Below are positions 1-12,315 of a DNA stretch of 64,000 bases, piece after piece (position 1 is the stretch's first letter; each line of letters starts with the position of its first letter). Made by a program: the position numbers and the translations under genes. The notes under the pieces are model-generated. The model worked only from the letters and a program-made list of their open reading frames with translations, made no database searches and had not been told where the DNA came from. Source of the DNA: Octopus sinensis (Eukaryota); contig NC_043010.1 in the NCBI RefSeq assembly GCF_006345805.1, positions 28,954,001-29,018,000 on the forward strand. The letters run 5' to 3'.

Positions 1-1031
1 GATTTGTAAGCGATATGGCTGCTATTTTGACTCCATAGAGGCTCCCTCATTCTTCAATTATGTGTAAGAATAATCAAAACATTCCTTACAAAGTCACATC
101 TCTGGGTCATAAGGTCCCTTCATTGCTCTGTAACAGTTTGTTAAACATTCTATTCAAGAGATAATGAAAAAAGACATCTTTAAAAATCAGTTGTTAATAA
201 CTGAAAAATTATTGATGGTAGACCATCAATAATAGTGCAGGGTTAAAAAACCAAAGCAGATTCACCACTGATGAAGGTAAAATTATGGAAGGAGTTCTGG
301 AGCTGAGTAACATTAATGAATAATAGACAAAGAAGACAAACAGGAAAACTTCATGAAAGATAGTTATAGTCTGTTCCAGGCTAAAGTGGTTAGAGGTTAA
401 ATAAAAATTTCTCTCTAGGTAGTCATACAGCTGTGTTTGTGTCTGAAACAAAAGAAACAACAGGTTATTAAGTGGAATTACTGAAACATTAATTCTACAA
501 GGAGACATTGATATCAGTAAGTTACTTTGCACATTAGGTAAGGCATGTATATGGTTTTGAAGAATCCACTAGAAATAGCAGGCAAAACTCTCTCAAATCA
601 CACCTAACTATCTTAAATAAGAGTAAGGACACATTAAATAACATTATACTGGATACCTTTAAAAATACAGGATAGTCTTTGGGTAAAACATCAACAGCAA
701 CAACATTGGGTGTATATATCCTATGATAATTACAGTGTTGGATATGAATTTTATAGACACCAATAACTTATTTGTTTACATATCTATTATATATCATGAT
801 TTGTGAACAATAATGTCATTTGTTAGAGATTTCTAACATATCGATCAATGCTTGACTGTATTTATTATGGCAAGAGTGACATGGGAGTTCTTGTGAAACA
901 TAATTCAGAACAAACTCTGCAGGATATTTGAGAGCAAAAGCAAAAGTACCAGTTTATTGGTTTTCTTGCTGATGTGTATATCATTTGATGATGTACATAA
1001 AGAGCAATATATACGTATGCAAGACATATGC

Positions 1032-1032
<1 letters not shown>

Positions 1033-1071
<39 letters not shown>

Positions 1072-1110
1072 ATGAATGTATGAATGAATGCATGCATGCA
1101 TGTATGTATG
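1033..1110. repeat. Compound (TG)n/(TATG)n/(ATGC)n microsatellite
   Basis: Directly visible tandem di- and tetranucleotide runs. Confidence 0.9.
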
Positions 1111-2560
1111 AGGCTTGTGTACTAAGTGCAATGCTGTATGGTATAGGGCTAGAATGAAAGGTATCTGCAGAGATTACAAACAAATGAAATATGTACTGCT
1201 GGATATGTAAATTTAGTATGCATGAATGATGAAGCACAAATGAAGTGAGAGGAAAACTATTATATTTACTCATGTATGAATCTCCTACTTAATTAGGGTT
1301 AAATTTTGGTATAAAATTTTTTCCTCCATAGTTTTAGCTTTGCCCTGTGTATAAGTTGCACACCAGATTTTACAGTTAAAATCAAGTATAAAATAGTGTA
1401 ACTTATACACAAGTATAGTAGGTATAAAAGGAATGAGTTGCAGTGTACAAGAGAGAAGACTGATGTTATAGTTATGTGATGTATATGGGGTTTGTCTGTA
1501 GTATAATAGAAGTGCTGAATACTTAAAGTGGAAGGAACTTGTGAAACAGGAAGATGTGGGGAAAAGTAGTGAAGTCTGATTTCAAGAAGCAGAACCTTGT
1601 GAAGGAGATGACAAAAGACTGTAATGATTGATGAGATGCAATTGGTGACACATGATGCTGGAGAAAACCTACCCATTTGTACAAATATATCAGAATAAAT
1701 GTTAAAATATTAATAGCAATGGATGTGAGGATGTATAATTTAACACTGGATCTCTCATTTAAATTTCCATCAACTGCTTCCTCCCCTTCAATACCCTCTC
1801 ATATTGCACTCAGTCCTCTCTCCTGATGAGGGACAGCAATGGATCTGACTCCCTTCTCTCCCATCATAACATCTGTGTAACAGGGGACTGTACTAGATCT
1901 GACTTTATTCAATACACCCTATCACTACCATCCTGCCAGCCAACACACTCTAACCAGTGTTCCTTTTCCACCATCTGTCACTTTTTCTTATGATTGCCCA
2001 TTCTCTGTTGATATTCATTACTCTCTCTCTCTCTCTCTCATCAGGAAACATGCAACTGCCATCACTATTTCTCTTCCATTACTCCCTCCCCTACAATTCT
2101 CTCATGCAAATCATACTCCCTTTCTCTTATATTCTTTCATCATCTGTCTTGGTTTTTCTGTCATCATTCTTTCTTTGATTCACTATCTTGGTCACACTGC
2201 TTCTTAATGAACAGACAGAAGAGAACATAAAGTTGGAAGAACTCCTTAGTTTTGTTTGGTACAAGACAACTTCACTAGTGCTGGTGCTGTGATAAAATGC
2301 AGTTGTACATTCTGTAAAGTGAATGGTAAATAAGCAAAGACAACAAAGTCCTGATCTCTTGAAGTCATGACAACCTCTCGAGCACTAGTGCTAAGGTAAA
2401 ATGTATGAGTACACTCTGAAAAGTGGTGGGTTCTAGGAAAGGAATTTACTCATAGAATTCTTGTTAAAATGGAATGTATAAGTGAGACATGGTCACCTGA
2501 CCTATACTGGACTGTTACAACCCATCATACCCATGTCAGAATGGAAAGACAATGTAAAAT

Positions 2561-2650
2561 ATGATGATGATGATGATGATGATGATAATGACAGTAATGT
2601 TGGCAGTGATGATGATGATGATGATGGTGATGTTGATAGTGATGGTGGTG
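2561..2650. repeat. (GAT)n trinucleotide microsatellite
   Basis: Interrupted GAT runs; these explain the poly-D and poly-M ORFs in the track. Confidence 0.9.
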
Positions 2651-2762
2651 ACAGAAATATGTTCATGGCAGTTGAAACACAAAAGTGAAAATTATGACAA
2701 ATGTACAATTATTGGCAGAGAGGGGGAGAGGGAAGAGAGATTGAGAGAGAGAAAGAGCAGAG

Positions 2763-2997
2763 GTAATCCTTTAGCATTTAAACCAGCTATATCTGGTCCG
2801 AATATTCTACCTGTTTTATGTTAAAAGTAGCCAGATCCAGCTTCTCACACCTACCCTACAATGTCATAATAAAAATTATACAATTACATCATCAAAATCT
2901 CGAAGCTACAAGATAAAGCACATTTAATTCAAAACAATGTGAATACATAGGTATTGGTATTAAATTTGACAGAGTAATGTGAATGCTGAAGAATTAA
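2763..2997. mobile_element. ~230 bp MITE with TTAA-CCCTTTAGCATT-type termini (piggyBac-like), degenerate
   Basis: Starts gtaa-tcctttagcattt and ends aatgctgaagaa-ttaa; the interior is homologous to the copy at 16850-17074 (for example aaatctc(g/a)aagctac and ttaattcaaaacaatgtgaata). Confidence 0.65.
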
Positions 2998-3504
2998 ATG
3001 TTTCAGTTGTTATGTGGAAGTCAGGTGACTGAACCAGTCTGAACGGATGATACAAATAGATGATAATCAGTAAAAATTGCCACACACTGACAGAAAAGGT
3101 TTCCCTAACTGAAAAAATTATAGCTACATATTTTCTATGATTAAATCATTTTAGAACAACCGACCTGAGACCAGCACCTCTAAATCATTCATACAAAACC
3201 TGTTTGGTTAGGAAGCTTGCTTCTCAAATCCAGGGTTTCAAGTTCAGTCCCACTGTGTGACACCTTGGGTGAGTGTCTTCTGCTTTAGCCTCAGGCTGAC
3301 CAAAGCCTTGTGATTGAATTTGGTAGGCAGAAGTTTCTGTTGTGTGTATACATGTGTGTGAAAGCGCATGTACCTCCTAAAGCTTTTGTAAGTTAGTTAA
3401 ATTAAAAGAAAAAAAAAAACACTGACTTTGATGGTTCAGTGTTGTTTTCAGTGATAAGGATCCAGATTTTAATCAACTGGCCTATCTACTCATTAAAGTC
3501 ACTC

Positions 3505-3680
3505 ATCATCATCATCATCATCATCATTTAACATCTGTTGTCCATGTTGGCATGGGCTGGATGGTTTGACCAGAGCTGGCAAGCTGGAGAGCTACACCAG
3601 GCTCGTCTGATTTGGCTTGGTTTCTATGGCTGGATGCCCTTCCTAACAGCAACCACGTTACAGAGTATGCAGGGTGTTCT
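3505..3680 (-). mobile_element. Dispersed retroposon fragment with (GAT)n tail and GTTAGGAAGGGCATCCAGC motif (RTE-type segment)
   Basis: Reverse complement of the tail seen at 26320-26480 and 39240-39387; (CAT)n at 3505-3527. The RTE affinity is recalled from RTE/Expander UTR motifs, not tested. Confidence 0.65.
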
Positions 3681-4094
3681 TAAATAAAAAAACCCTTAAA
3701 ATACTTCTCAGGTACCATCAGCATAACAAAGCTGTATTTTTGGAATTACAGGTACAACTCATCTTCTTTAAAGAGCAAGAGACAGGAATGAGAAATCCCT
3801 CACTGCAATCAAATATATTGACATTTTACCACTGTTTAACATCATTCCCCACTGCAATGTGTGTGGGATGATGAGAGAGTGTGGAGAATGAAGGAATAAG
3901 AGCAAGAAAGAGTGCGGGGAATGAAGTAATGTGAGTAATGAAAGAATGTAGAGGAAAGCATGAGCAAGGGGAATGAGCAAGGTAATGTAAGAGCTCTCAG
4001 CTATAGTCCAGGTTACAGCTAACTACATCAAATAGTAAGAAGCACCAAGTCTCCATATTATTTGTAATTGTTTTGGATTATATACATTTATATA

Positions 4095-4545
4095 TATCTT
4101 TTATCTTTCACTTGTTTCAATCATTTGACCAAGGCTATGGTGGATCACTGCCTTTGAACAATTTTTAGTTGAGTAAATCGACCCCGGTACTTAATTCTTT
4201 TAAGCCTGTTAATAAGTATTGTATCGGTCTCTTTTGCCAAACCACTAAGTGACTGAGATGTAAACACACCAACAATGGTTGTCAAACAATACTGAGGAAC
4301 AAACACAGGCACAAGAACAGACATGCATGCATGCATACATACACACACACACACACATACACACACACACATACATACATACATATGATGGACTTCTTTC
4401 AGTTTCTGTCTACCAAATCCACTCACAAAGCTTTGGCCCAAGGTTATAATAAAAGACACTTTCCCAAAGTATCATGCAGTGGGACTGAACTTGGAATCAT
4501 GTAGTTTGGAAGCAAATTTCTTGCCACAGTTATGCCTGTGCCTAT
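4095..4545 (-). mobile_element. tRNA-derived SINE, type A (head + CORE-like segment + internal microsatellite + GACTGAAACAAGTAAAAGA tail)
   Basis: Colinear reverse-complement similarity to the copy at 5012-5418. Confidence 0.8.
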
Positions 4546-5011
4546 ATATCATACACACACACACACACACACGTGCATGTGTGCACACACATATATACTT
4601 ACATACTAAATACATTGTTTTGTTCACCTTTGAAATAAGTGGACTTACATGCAAACATACATATATATCTATACATACACACACTAATGTATACACATAC
4701 ACACATAATACAATTAATTTGTGAAAAAAGATTAAGTGAAAGAAATTGTTACATTTTGAAACACACTTATTTTTGAGATCCTTAATTTTCAACACGTCCC
4801 CTGTCATTGCACATAGAGACAATGAGGTGATTATGAAGTCCTAGAAACATGTTTTGTAGCTGATTTTAACTTATAACTTGAATCATATTAGCTGCCATAG
4901 TTTGAAAGAAATCCTTAGAATGAAGTCTTCTTGAATAACCAGTCATCATTACATGACTCTCATAAAATTAAGCTGAAGTAATTATGTTTAAAATAAAATC
5001 AACAAACAATT

Positions 5012-5418
5012 AGGCATAGGAGTGGCTGTGTGGTAAGTAGCTTGCTAACGAACCACATGGTTCCGGGTTCAGTCCCACTGCGTGGCACCTTGGGCAAGTG
5101 TCTTCTATAGCTTCGGGCTGACCAAAGCCTTGTGAGTGGATTTGGTTATTGGAAACTGAAAGAAGCCCGTCGTATAGATGTATATATATATGTGTGTATG
5201 CATGTATGTATGTGTTTGTGTGTCTGTGTTTGTCTCCCCAACATCACCTGACAACCGATGCTGGTGTGTTTACGTCCCCGTAACTTAGCGGTTCGGCAAA
5301 AGAGACTGATAGAATAAGTACTAGGCTTACAAAGAATAAGTCCTGGGGTTGATCTGCTTGACTAAAGGCGGTGCTCCAGCATGGCCACAGTCAAATGACT
5401 GAAACAAGTAAAAGAGTA
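5012..5418 (+). mobile_element. tRNA-derived SINE, type A, near full length
   Basis: A-box-like TGGCTGTGTGG, B-box-like GGTTCAGTCCC, then CTTGGGCAAGTGTCTTC, an internal (TA)/(TG) tract and the tail ...AATGACTGAAACAAGTAAAAGAGT; many homologues in this window. Confidence 0.85.
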
Positions 5419-5425
5419 ATTATTG

Positions 5426-5778
5426 TATCTTTTTACTTTTACTTGTTTAATCATTCGATAGCGACTATGCTGGTGCATCACCTTTAAGAGTTTAGTTAAA
5501 GAAATCAACCTCAGTACTTATTTTTTAAAGCCGGGTACTTATTTCATTGGTCACTTTTGTTGGTCTGCTAGATTACAGGGACGTAAACAAACTAACATCA
5601 ATCAAGCAGTGAGAATGGGTGACACACACACACACACACACAGGCATGATGAGTTTACAGGCAAGTTTCTAACTGCCAAAAATCACTCACAAAGCATTGG
5701 TTGGTTCATGTCAACTTAAAAAGCTAACATGGTTACTAAGTTAGCTTTTTAACCACAGAGCCATTCATATGCCTGTAA
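5426..5778 (-). mobile_element. tRNA-derived SINE, type A, inverted tail-to-tail with the preceding copy
   Basis: Begins TCTTTTTACTTTTACTTGTTT (reverse complement of the tail) about 8 nt after the previous copy ends; the head portion is partly deleted. Confidence 0.75.
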
Positions 5779-6270
5779 TTAATTTTTTCAATGACAATGC
5801 TAAAATAGATGCATCAAACTTTTAAATGTAGTTTACAAAATTACTTACATTCTGTAAGAGAATTACTGACTAGTAACTGGTACTGAAGAAGAGGTGTAAC
5901 AGAAACAGCAAAGACTTCTATTGTAAGTTGCCTTTAACATATTTGTGAAGGGACTGAATAATGTTATAGAATCCATCTGTGAAAATACAAAAGAAATGAG
6001 AATAGGATAACTCAGTTGAGCACCAGTTTGTTTGGTATCTCACCATTAAGTTCTCAATTTTCTACTAGTCTTTCTGTATCTTTATCTGTTCTGTTATTGA
6101 CCCACCAATCTGTGAGTGAGAAGTAATCTTATTAGGGTTAGGAAATTCCTGGCTCTGTTTATGGTAATTTCTTAAGATTACTTTTATATTTCTAGCTTTA
6201 CTCTGTTGTATAATACATATCTGTTCATCCATCTGTATGAAACATATTTCCTCTCTAAAGAAGTAGTATA

Positions 6271-6487
6271 TTGGTTTGAAATTTTGGCACAAGGCCAGTA
6301 ATTTTGGGGGAGAGATAAGTTGATTCCATTGACCCCAATGTTCAACTGATAATTATTTTATCGACCCCAAAAGTATGAAAGGCAAAGTTAACTTAGGTGG
6401 AATTTGAACTCAGAATGTAAAGATAGATGAAATGCTGCTAAGCATTTTGCCCAGCATGCTAATAATTCTGCCAGCCCATCACCTTGA
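6271..6487 (-). mobile_element. tRNA-derived SINE, type B (core GACTTTGCCTTTCATCC...GGGGTCGAT), tail variant GGCCTTGTGCCAAAATTTCAAACC
   Basis: Reverse-complement B-box GAGTTCAAATTCC; core shared with more than 10 copies in the window. Confidence 0.8.
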
Positions 6488-8194
6488 GGAAGTTATATAT
6501 TGAGCAACCATAACACCTCTAAATAATATTGAAAGGATTTAATAGAAAGCACCATCAACTGGAGCTTCTTTTGATATCTTCATTCATTTATGTTAAGGTA
6601 CAAGGAAATTTCCACTACACTGTTGCAGTTCATCTGGAAACTCGAAAACTAGGGCTGACATGATCTCCAATGAAATGAAATATTATTCATAATGCCAAAC
6701 TATACTTTTATGGGAACTGGAACTGTTTCATCTAGAATTCTAGATTATGAAGTATTGTTACCATCTTGAAAAACTGTCAAAGTTCCAAGATGTCTGAACA
6801 CTGCATCCCATAGAAACCAGTTCCAGTGGGAGCTTCAACCTCCTAATGGAAGGAAATGGAAAGGATGTATTTAGAAAATAGAGGAATTATTCATAAAATT
6901 TGTATTAGAAAATAAAAATAGTAAGATATTCATCACAAACGCCTCCATTACATAAAATTTTTAACATCTCTAAAGCTCCCCATTGTACGTTCATCAGGAA
7001 CCCATTGATGGAGGAAAAAAAGAAATTTTGGACATTTTGGGATTTTATTAAAATCAATGGTAAATTTGATCATGTCAAAAAAGAACATGTCAGTTATAAT
7101 ATTAAAGAAAAATGAACCTAGGAAGAATATAAGATTTATTTCCTTTATTTTAGAATGATGAATGTATTCAGTTGATGGGTTCTACTGTGGGATGAAACAA
7201 CTGGGTGCAGCTGTTTGGATACATGAAGCAATAGACAAAAATAAAAGGCATGGTTGTGTGGTTTGCAACCTCATGGTTCTGGGTTCAATTCCACTGCACA
7301 GCACTTTGGGCAAGTGTCTCCTACTATAGCCACAGGCTGACAAATATCAGGAGTGAACTTGGTAGATGGAAACTATGTGGAAGCCCTTTGTGTATATATA
7401 TCCAAAGTAATCAATTACTGTGTAGTGTCATACAATATACCCATGCAACAGAAAATCCAAGAAATCCAAACAATAAATTTTTCTGTATGGAGTACATAAA
7501 GCATGAAGTTGAGGTGTGAAAAGTAGAAACCGATTAATTTTTTTTTATATGACTTCCATAAGATTACAACTGTTTTGTAACCTTTGGCATGTAGAATTAT
7601 TAATTGTGGTGTGCAAAATTATATGTACATGTTTATATCAATATGTATGCTCAGCATTATACAATACAATCATATATTCACAAATTGATGCAAATAAAGA
7701 AAGCTAACTCATCAGGTCATCAGAAACATCATGGGTACATCTATGATTCAACTCTAAACATAAACACAAAGTTTACCTTTATATGTACAATGTATGGAAG
7801 GCCAGAATTGGACAACATTGAAATAATTTGGTCAGTAAAGGGAAACAAAGAGAAAAATAGATCTGCTAGTGGTATTATTCTTTATAGAAGAATTTCACCT
7901 ATGAACGCACCCAAATCAATTAAGTCAAAGTATTTGAAATTTATTAAAAGAATTTACAATTCTTAATTAAAGTAAAATAACTAAAAGTAAACTAAAATAA
8001 GCAAATATAAGCCAAATCTTTTTGCAGAAAAATTTTGTTTGGATTTCCTAGATTTTTAGTTCTATAGACACGTTGCATTACACTACTTGGTCATTGATTA
8101 CTATGTAAACCCCAATTCTGAATGGGGAGCTTACTGTGAATTCTGCTTGATCCTCTGAATCCAACTTTTCCTCTCCTCTGATATATATATACTA

Positions 8195-8660
8195 TTTTAC
8201 TTGTTTCAGTCATTTGACTGTAGCCATGCTGGAGCACTGCCTTTAGTCAAGCAAATCAACCCCAGGACTTATTCTTTGTAAGCCTAGTACTTATTCTATC
8301 GGTCTCTTTTGCTGAACTGCTAAGTTACAGGGACGTAAACACACCAGCATCGGTTGTCAAGCGATGTTGGAGGGGGGACAAACACAGACACACAAACACA
8401 CATATATAGAGAGAGACATATATATGCGTGTGTGTCTTTGTATTTGCCCCCTCTTTCTACTATTTGACAACTGGTGTTGGTTTGTTTACATCTCCAAGCA
8501 GTTCAGTAAGAATTCAATAGAATAAGTATCAGACTCAAAAAGACAAAATGTAAACAAAAAAGAAGGAACTGATGTTGATTTGTTCAATGAGACCCCCTCA
8601 AGGTCGTGCTGCAGTATGGCCACAATCCAATGACTGACATGAGTAAAAGACAGTAAAAAT
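8195..8660. mobile_element. Two SINE type A 3' halves in opposite orientation, joined at the internal microsatellite
   Basis: 8195-8400 is the reverse complement of the type A 3' half and 8430-8660 is a forward 3' half; the (CA)/(TA)/(TG) tract lies between them. Confidence 0.7.
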
Positions 8661-9354
8661 TAAAAAAAAAACCTGCTTATTGATTTTGTCTGTAGCTAAA
8701 TATTCTGCAGAAACTGTTTATGTGATTCTGAAGCAGAAACAGTATGACCAGACTGGACTGGACCTTTAAATGAAAAGCACAAACCATCTGATGGGTTTCA
8801 CACAGTTCTGTTGACCCAGTTTCACTCGTAAAGATTGGTTAACCTGAGGCTATAACAAAAAATACTTACCTAAGATGTCACACAGTGGGATTGAACTCAA
8901 GGACTAGTGATTGTAAAGTGAATTTCTTGACAGAGTGGTCATGCTGCCAACAACTGGAGCAAGTGACTAAGTACCTGATCTTGTTAGTAAACAACTATCT
9001 CACTTTTACTCTCAGGGCCAGCAAACCTCTAATTACATAAAACAAGAAAAGACCAATTCTATACGAGTACAGGCATATTCAAATAGATTTATGCAAATCC
9101 TATACATGTCTCCTCATTTCCCACAGGTGTTAAATTTACAGAAAAAAAAAGTGTTAAATCAATCAATAATAAATGTATGATAGAACACATGGGAAAAATA
9201 GGCTTTGTTCCAAAACCCCAAAGTTACCCTGAGCATTGTGGATGATGACGGGGGTAGTCTTTTGCACTATTCTTAAGCAGAAACTTTGATTGTTGAGCTA
9301 TGTTATCAAAGATCAATTCGTGATAAGCATAACATATTACAGTTGAATAATCAT

Positions 9355-9665
9355 AGGCACAGGTGTGATTGTATGGTAAGAAGCTTGCTTCCCAACCACA
9401 TGGTTCTGGGTTCAGTCCTACTATGTGGCACCTTGGACAAGTGTTTTCTACAATAACCTTGGAGTGACCAAAGACTTGTGAGAGGATCTGGTCGATGGAA
9501 ACTAAAAGAAACTTGCCCATCTATCCATCCCTCCCTCCCTCCCTCTCCCTCCATCCATTAAAAAAATAAGTCCTGGGATCGATTTGTTCAACTAAAACCT
9601 TTCAAAGCAGTATCCCAGTATGTCTCCAATCAAATGACTGAAATAAGTAAGAAAATAAAAGAGGT
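9355..9665 (+). mobile_element. SINE type A, internally deleted
   Basis: Head (GGTAAGAAGCTTGCTTCCCAACCACATGGTTCTGGGTTCAGTCC) and tail (AATGACTGAAATAAGTAAG) are present; the middle is replaced by (CCCT)n. Confidence 0.75.
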
Positions 9666-9784
9666 ATACTGTTTTATCTTGGACAAGTGATAAATGAAGA
9701 TAGATGTGTAATGAACCTAAAACAATTCTATTTTCTGTTTCTATCAATTTCTATTTATACTTTTTGACAGATCACTGGTTTATC

Positions 9785-10183
9785 TTTTGTTTTATCATTT
9801 ACGGGGCTGTGGCCATGCTTGAAGGATTTAGTCAAACAAATCAGCTTTAATACTTTTGTGTCTAGTTTTAGTTTGTTACTTACTGTATCGGTCGGTCTCT
9901 TTTGTTGTACTGCTTAGTTATGAGAACATAAACAAACCACTTGTTTTGGAGAGAGACAAATACAAAAACACACACACATGTATACACACGCATATATACT
10001 TACACACACACACACATACACACAATTGGCTTCTTTCAGTTTCTGTCAACCAAATCCACTCACAAGGCTTTGGTTGGCCTGAGGCTATAGTAAGACATTT
10101 GCCCAAGGTGTCACTCAGTGGGACTGAATATGGAACCATGTGTTTGGGAAGCAAGCTTCTTACCACACAGTAAGGCCTGCGCC

Positions 10184-10185
<2 letters not shown>
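9785..10185 (-). mobile_element. SINE type A
   Basis: Reverse-complement match to the head, CORE-like part and 3' half. Confidence 0.75.

Positions 10186-10189
<4 letters not shown>

Positions 10190-10245
<56 letters not shown>
10190..10245. repeat. (AAT)n microsatellite
   Basis: Pure AAT run. Confidence 0.95.
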
Positions 10246-10463
10246 GTGACAACAAAAGAATGAGACCTCGGTATAGATAAGTAGAGGATTATTTATATAT
10301 TATTATTTAGGACAAACAGTAAGTTGTCATTATAGTACTAGGAGTTTCGAATGCCGGAGCAAAAAGCTACGATGCATTCTCGTTGGCTGTTATATATATA
10401 TTGTCAGTAAGTCATAAATCCAAAAATTCAAAAGAGAAGCACACTCTAAGTAATAGAGATAAA

Positions 10464-10570
10464 GATAGTTATAGCTGGTTCATAGGGTTACCCAGGGTTT
10501 TGTGCCCATAAAACACTTAGGTTTATGGATGTGAAACCCTGGGTAACCCTATGAACTGGTCATAACTATC
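10464..10570. repeat. Fold-back inverted repeat, ~37 bp arms with an inner stem
   Basis: GTTCATAGGGTTACCCAGGGTTT (10478-10500) is the exact reverse complement of AAACCCTGGGTAACCCTATGAAC (10534-10556); the outer arms extend with a few mismatches; inner CCATAAA/TTTATGG stem. Confidence 0.85.
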
Positions 10571-10668
10571 TATCTATCTATCTATCTATACATACATATA
10601 GTCACCATGCTTGACTGCTAAATCCACAAGTTTTTTATATTCTCTCTCTGTTTATTTTTATCTTATTC

Positions 10669-10704
10669 CTTTCTGTTGAAGAGCGTAGGCTTGAAAGGTA
10701 AAAG
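10669..10704 (+). ncRNA. Degenerate minimal type I hammerhead-like motif (Penelope-like terminal repeat remnant)
   Basis: CTTT-CTGTTGA-A-GAGC-GTAG-GCTT-GAAA-G-GTA-AAAG: stem I CTTT/AAAG and stem II GAGC/GCTT; the core has A6->U and 15.2 C->G deviations. Confidence 0.5.
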
Positions 10705-10784
10705 ACTTTTTCAATTTCCCGAGCCTAATACACCTACTTGTTGTTCATACACCTGTCTTTGTCTTTTGTTTTTCTATAAATTTC

Positions 10785-10786
<2 letters not shown>

Positions 10787-10839
<53 letters not shown>

Positions 10840-10851
10840 ATATATTATTAT

Positions 10852-10916
<65 letters not shown>

Positions 10917-10960
10917 ATAAAAGAGAGTTTGTATGTATGTGTGTGTGTGTGTGTGTGTGC
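10787..10960. repeat. (TA)n then (TG)n microsatellite
   Basis: Directly visible. Confidence 0.9.
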
Positions 10961-12315
10961 AAATGTTCCTTATGCATTCCAAAACTGAGTTGCCGATTTT
11001 GATGTATAGGGTATCAAACGATTCAGCAATCTTTCAGCTACCTACTAAACTTTATTTTCATTTACATATTCACATTACAAAAATTTAACATCATAATTTT
11101 TCCTTTAATCACCTATTGTAAATGACATTTTATACCACCACCAGAACAACGACAACATCACATATGAGTGTGTTCATGCATTCGTTACATATGTTAGGCC
11201 GATGACTGAGAAGTATATGTATCTGTCAGTATACATACATTTTTGTGATGACTGACATACACATACACATCTAAAGACAGAGACAGACATATGCAGGGGC
11301 AGAGATAGGCCTTAGGTGTGTGTGAATGCATGTCTGTATGTGTTTGTCTGTATGTGACTATATTGCCCAACAGTGAAACGCGCTGATTTTGAAAGAGTTT
11401 AGTTTAGTTGTGGCCTGGACGTTGAATGAACAACATTCCCTTTGAAGTATCACCAACATGAAGATTTGGCTGATTTGACAATACTTACAATACGCACAAA
11501 TATATCTGAAAAAAAAAAATGTTATTCTGGTTATTATAACAAATTTAGAAACTTGGCGAAGTAGAAAGCCTTAGCAGCTCTTTCGTTATAATTACAGAAA
11601 TGTTATTCCACTCCTTATAACCAGTTTGAAGATAACCCTTTTAAACAGTCTAAGCATTCTCATCGTATTCCTGCTATGTTGTTTCATCACTGAGTATTCA
11701 ATGCTGCATCACCATTTTACTGAATTAGTCAGTATTTATTCTACAGCTTATAACCTCACACAGCTAAAATATATAGTAATGTCAAATTAATTTATGCCCT
11801 TCACTAAATGTTTTAAATTAATTAACGTTCATAACAGCAACATATTCCTTTGAATACACTTTGTTCAGCATTCATTTCAAAATTGTAAAATAATAAATTA
11901 TTTTTGTACGAAAAATTGAATTAAGCCTTCTGAATTTTCTTGGAGTTTCACTTTCTTCACCATGAAATTTATTCAGTTGTGAATTTTATAACATTTAGTA
12001 CATGTTCCAAATAAATTTTGACACTCTGTACTTTGTTACATTGGTGACACATAGTAACTTTTGCTAAATTGGTCACTTTCCAACGCTGGAATATTTCTTT
12101 TGGAAATATTCCCTAAAAGAATTGTTTTATAGCATAACTATGCCACAAAAAGTATGTTTTGCACCTATATTGACTACATTTCATTTTGCTTGAACTTTGT
12201 GTGTGTATGTTTTGCTGTTTTCAATATTATCAATTTTATGAGTGTGTGTGTGTCTGTGAGTGTGTGTGTTTCTGCATTTGTTATGTCTATAGTAAAGAAC
12301 ATTTAACACTGTTTT

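Noticed and set aside
7777-7898. Candidate minus-strand exon bounded by TAG| and |GTAAAC
   Set aside because: All three frames contain stops; only a weaker internal acceptor gives an open frame, and the peptide is unrecognised.
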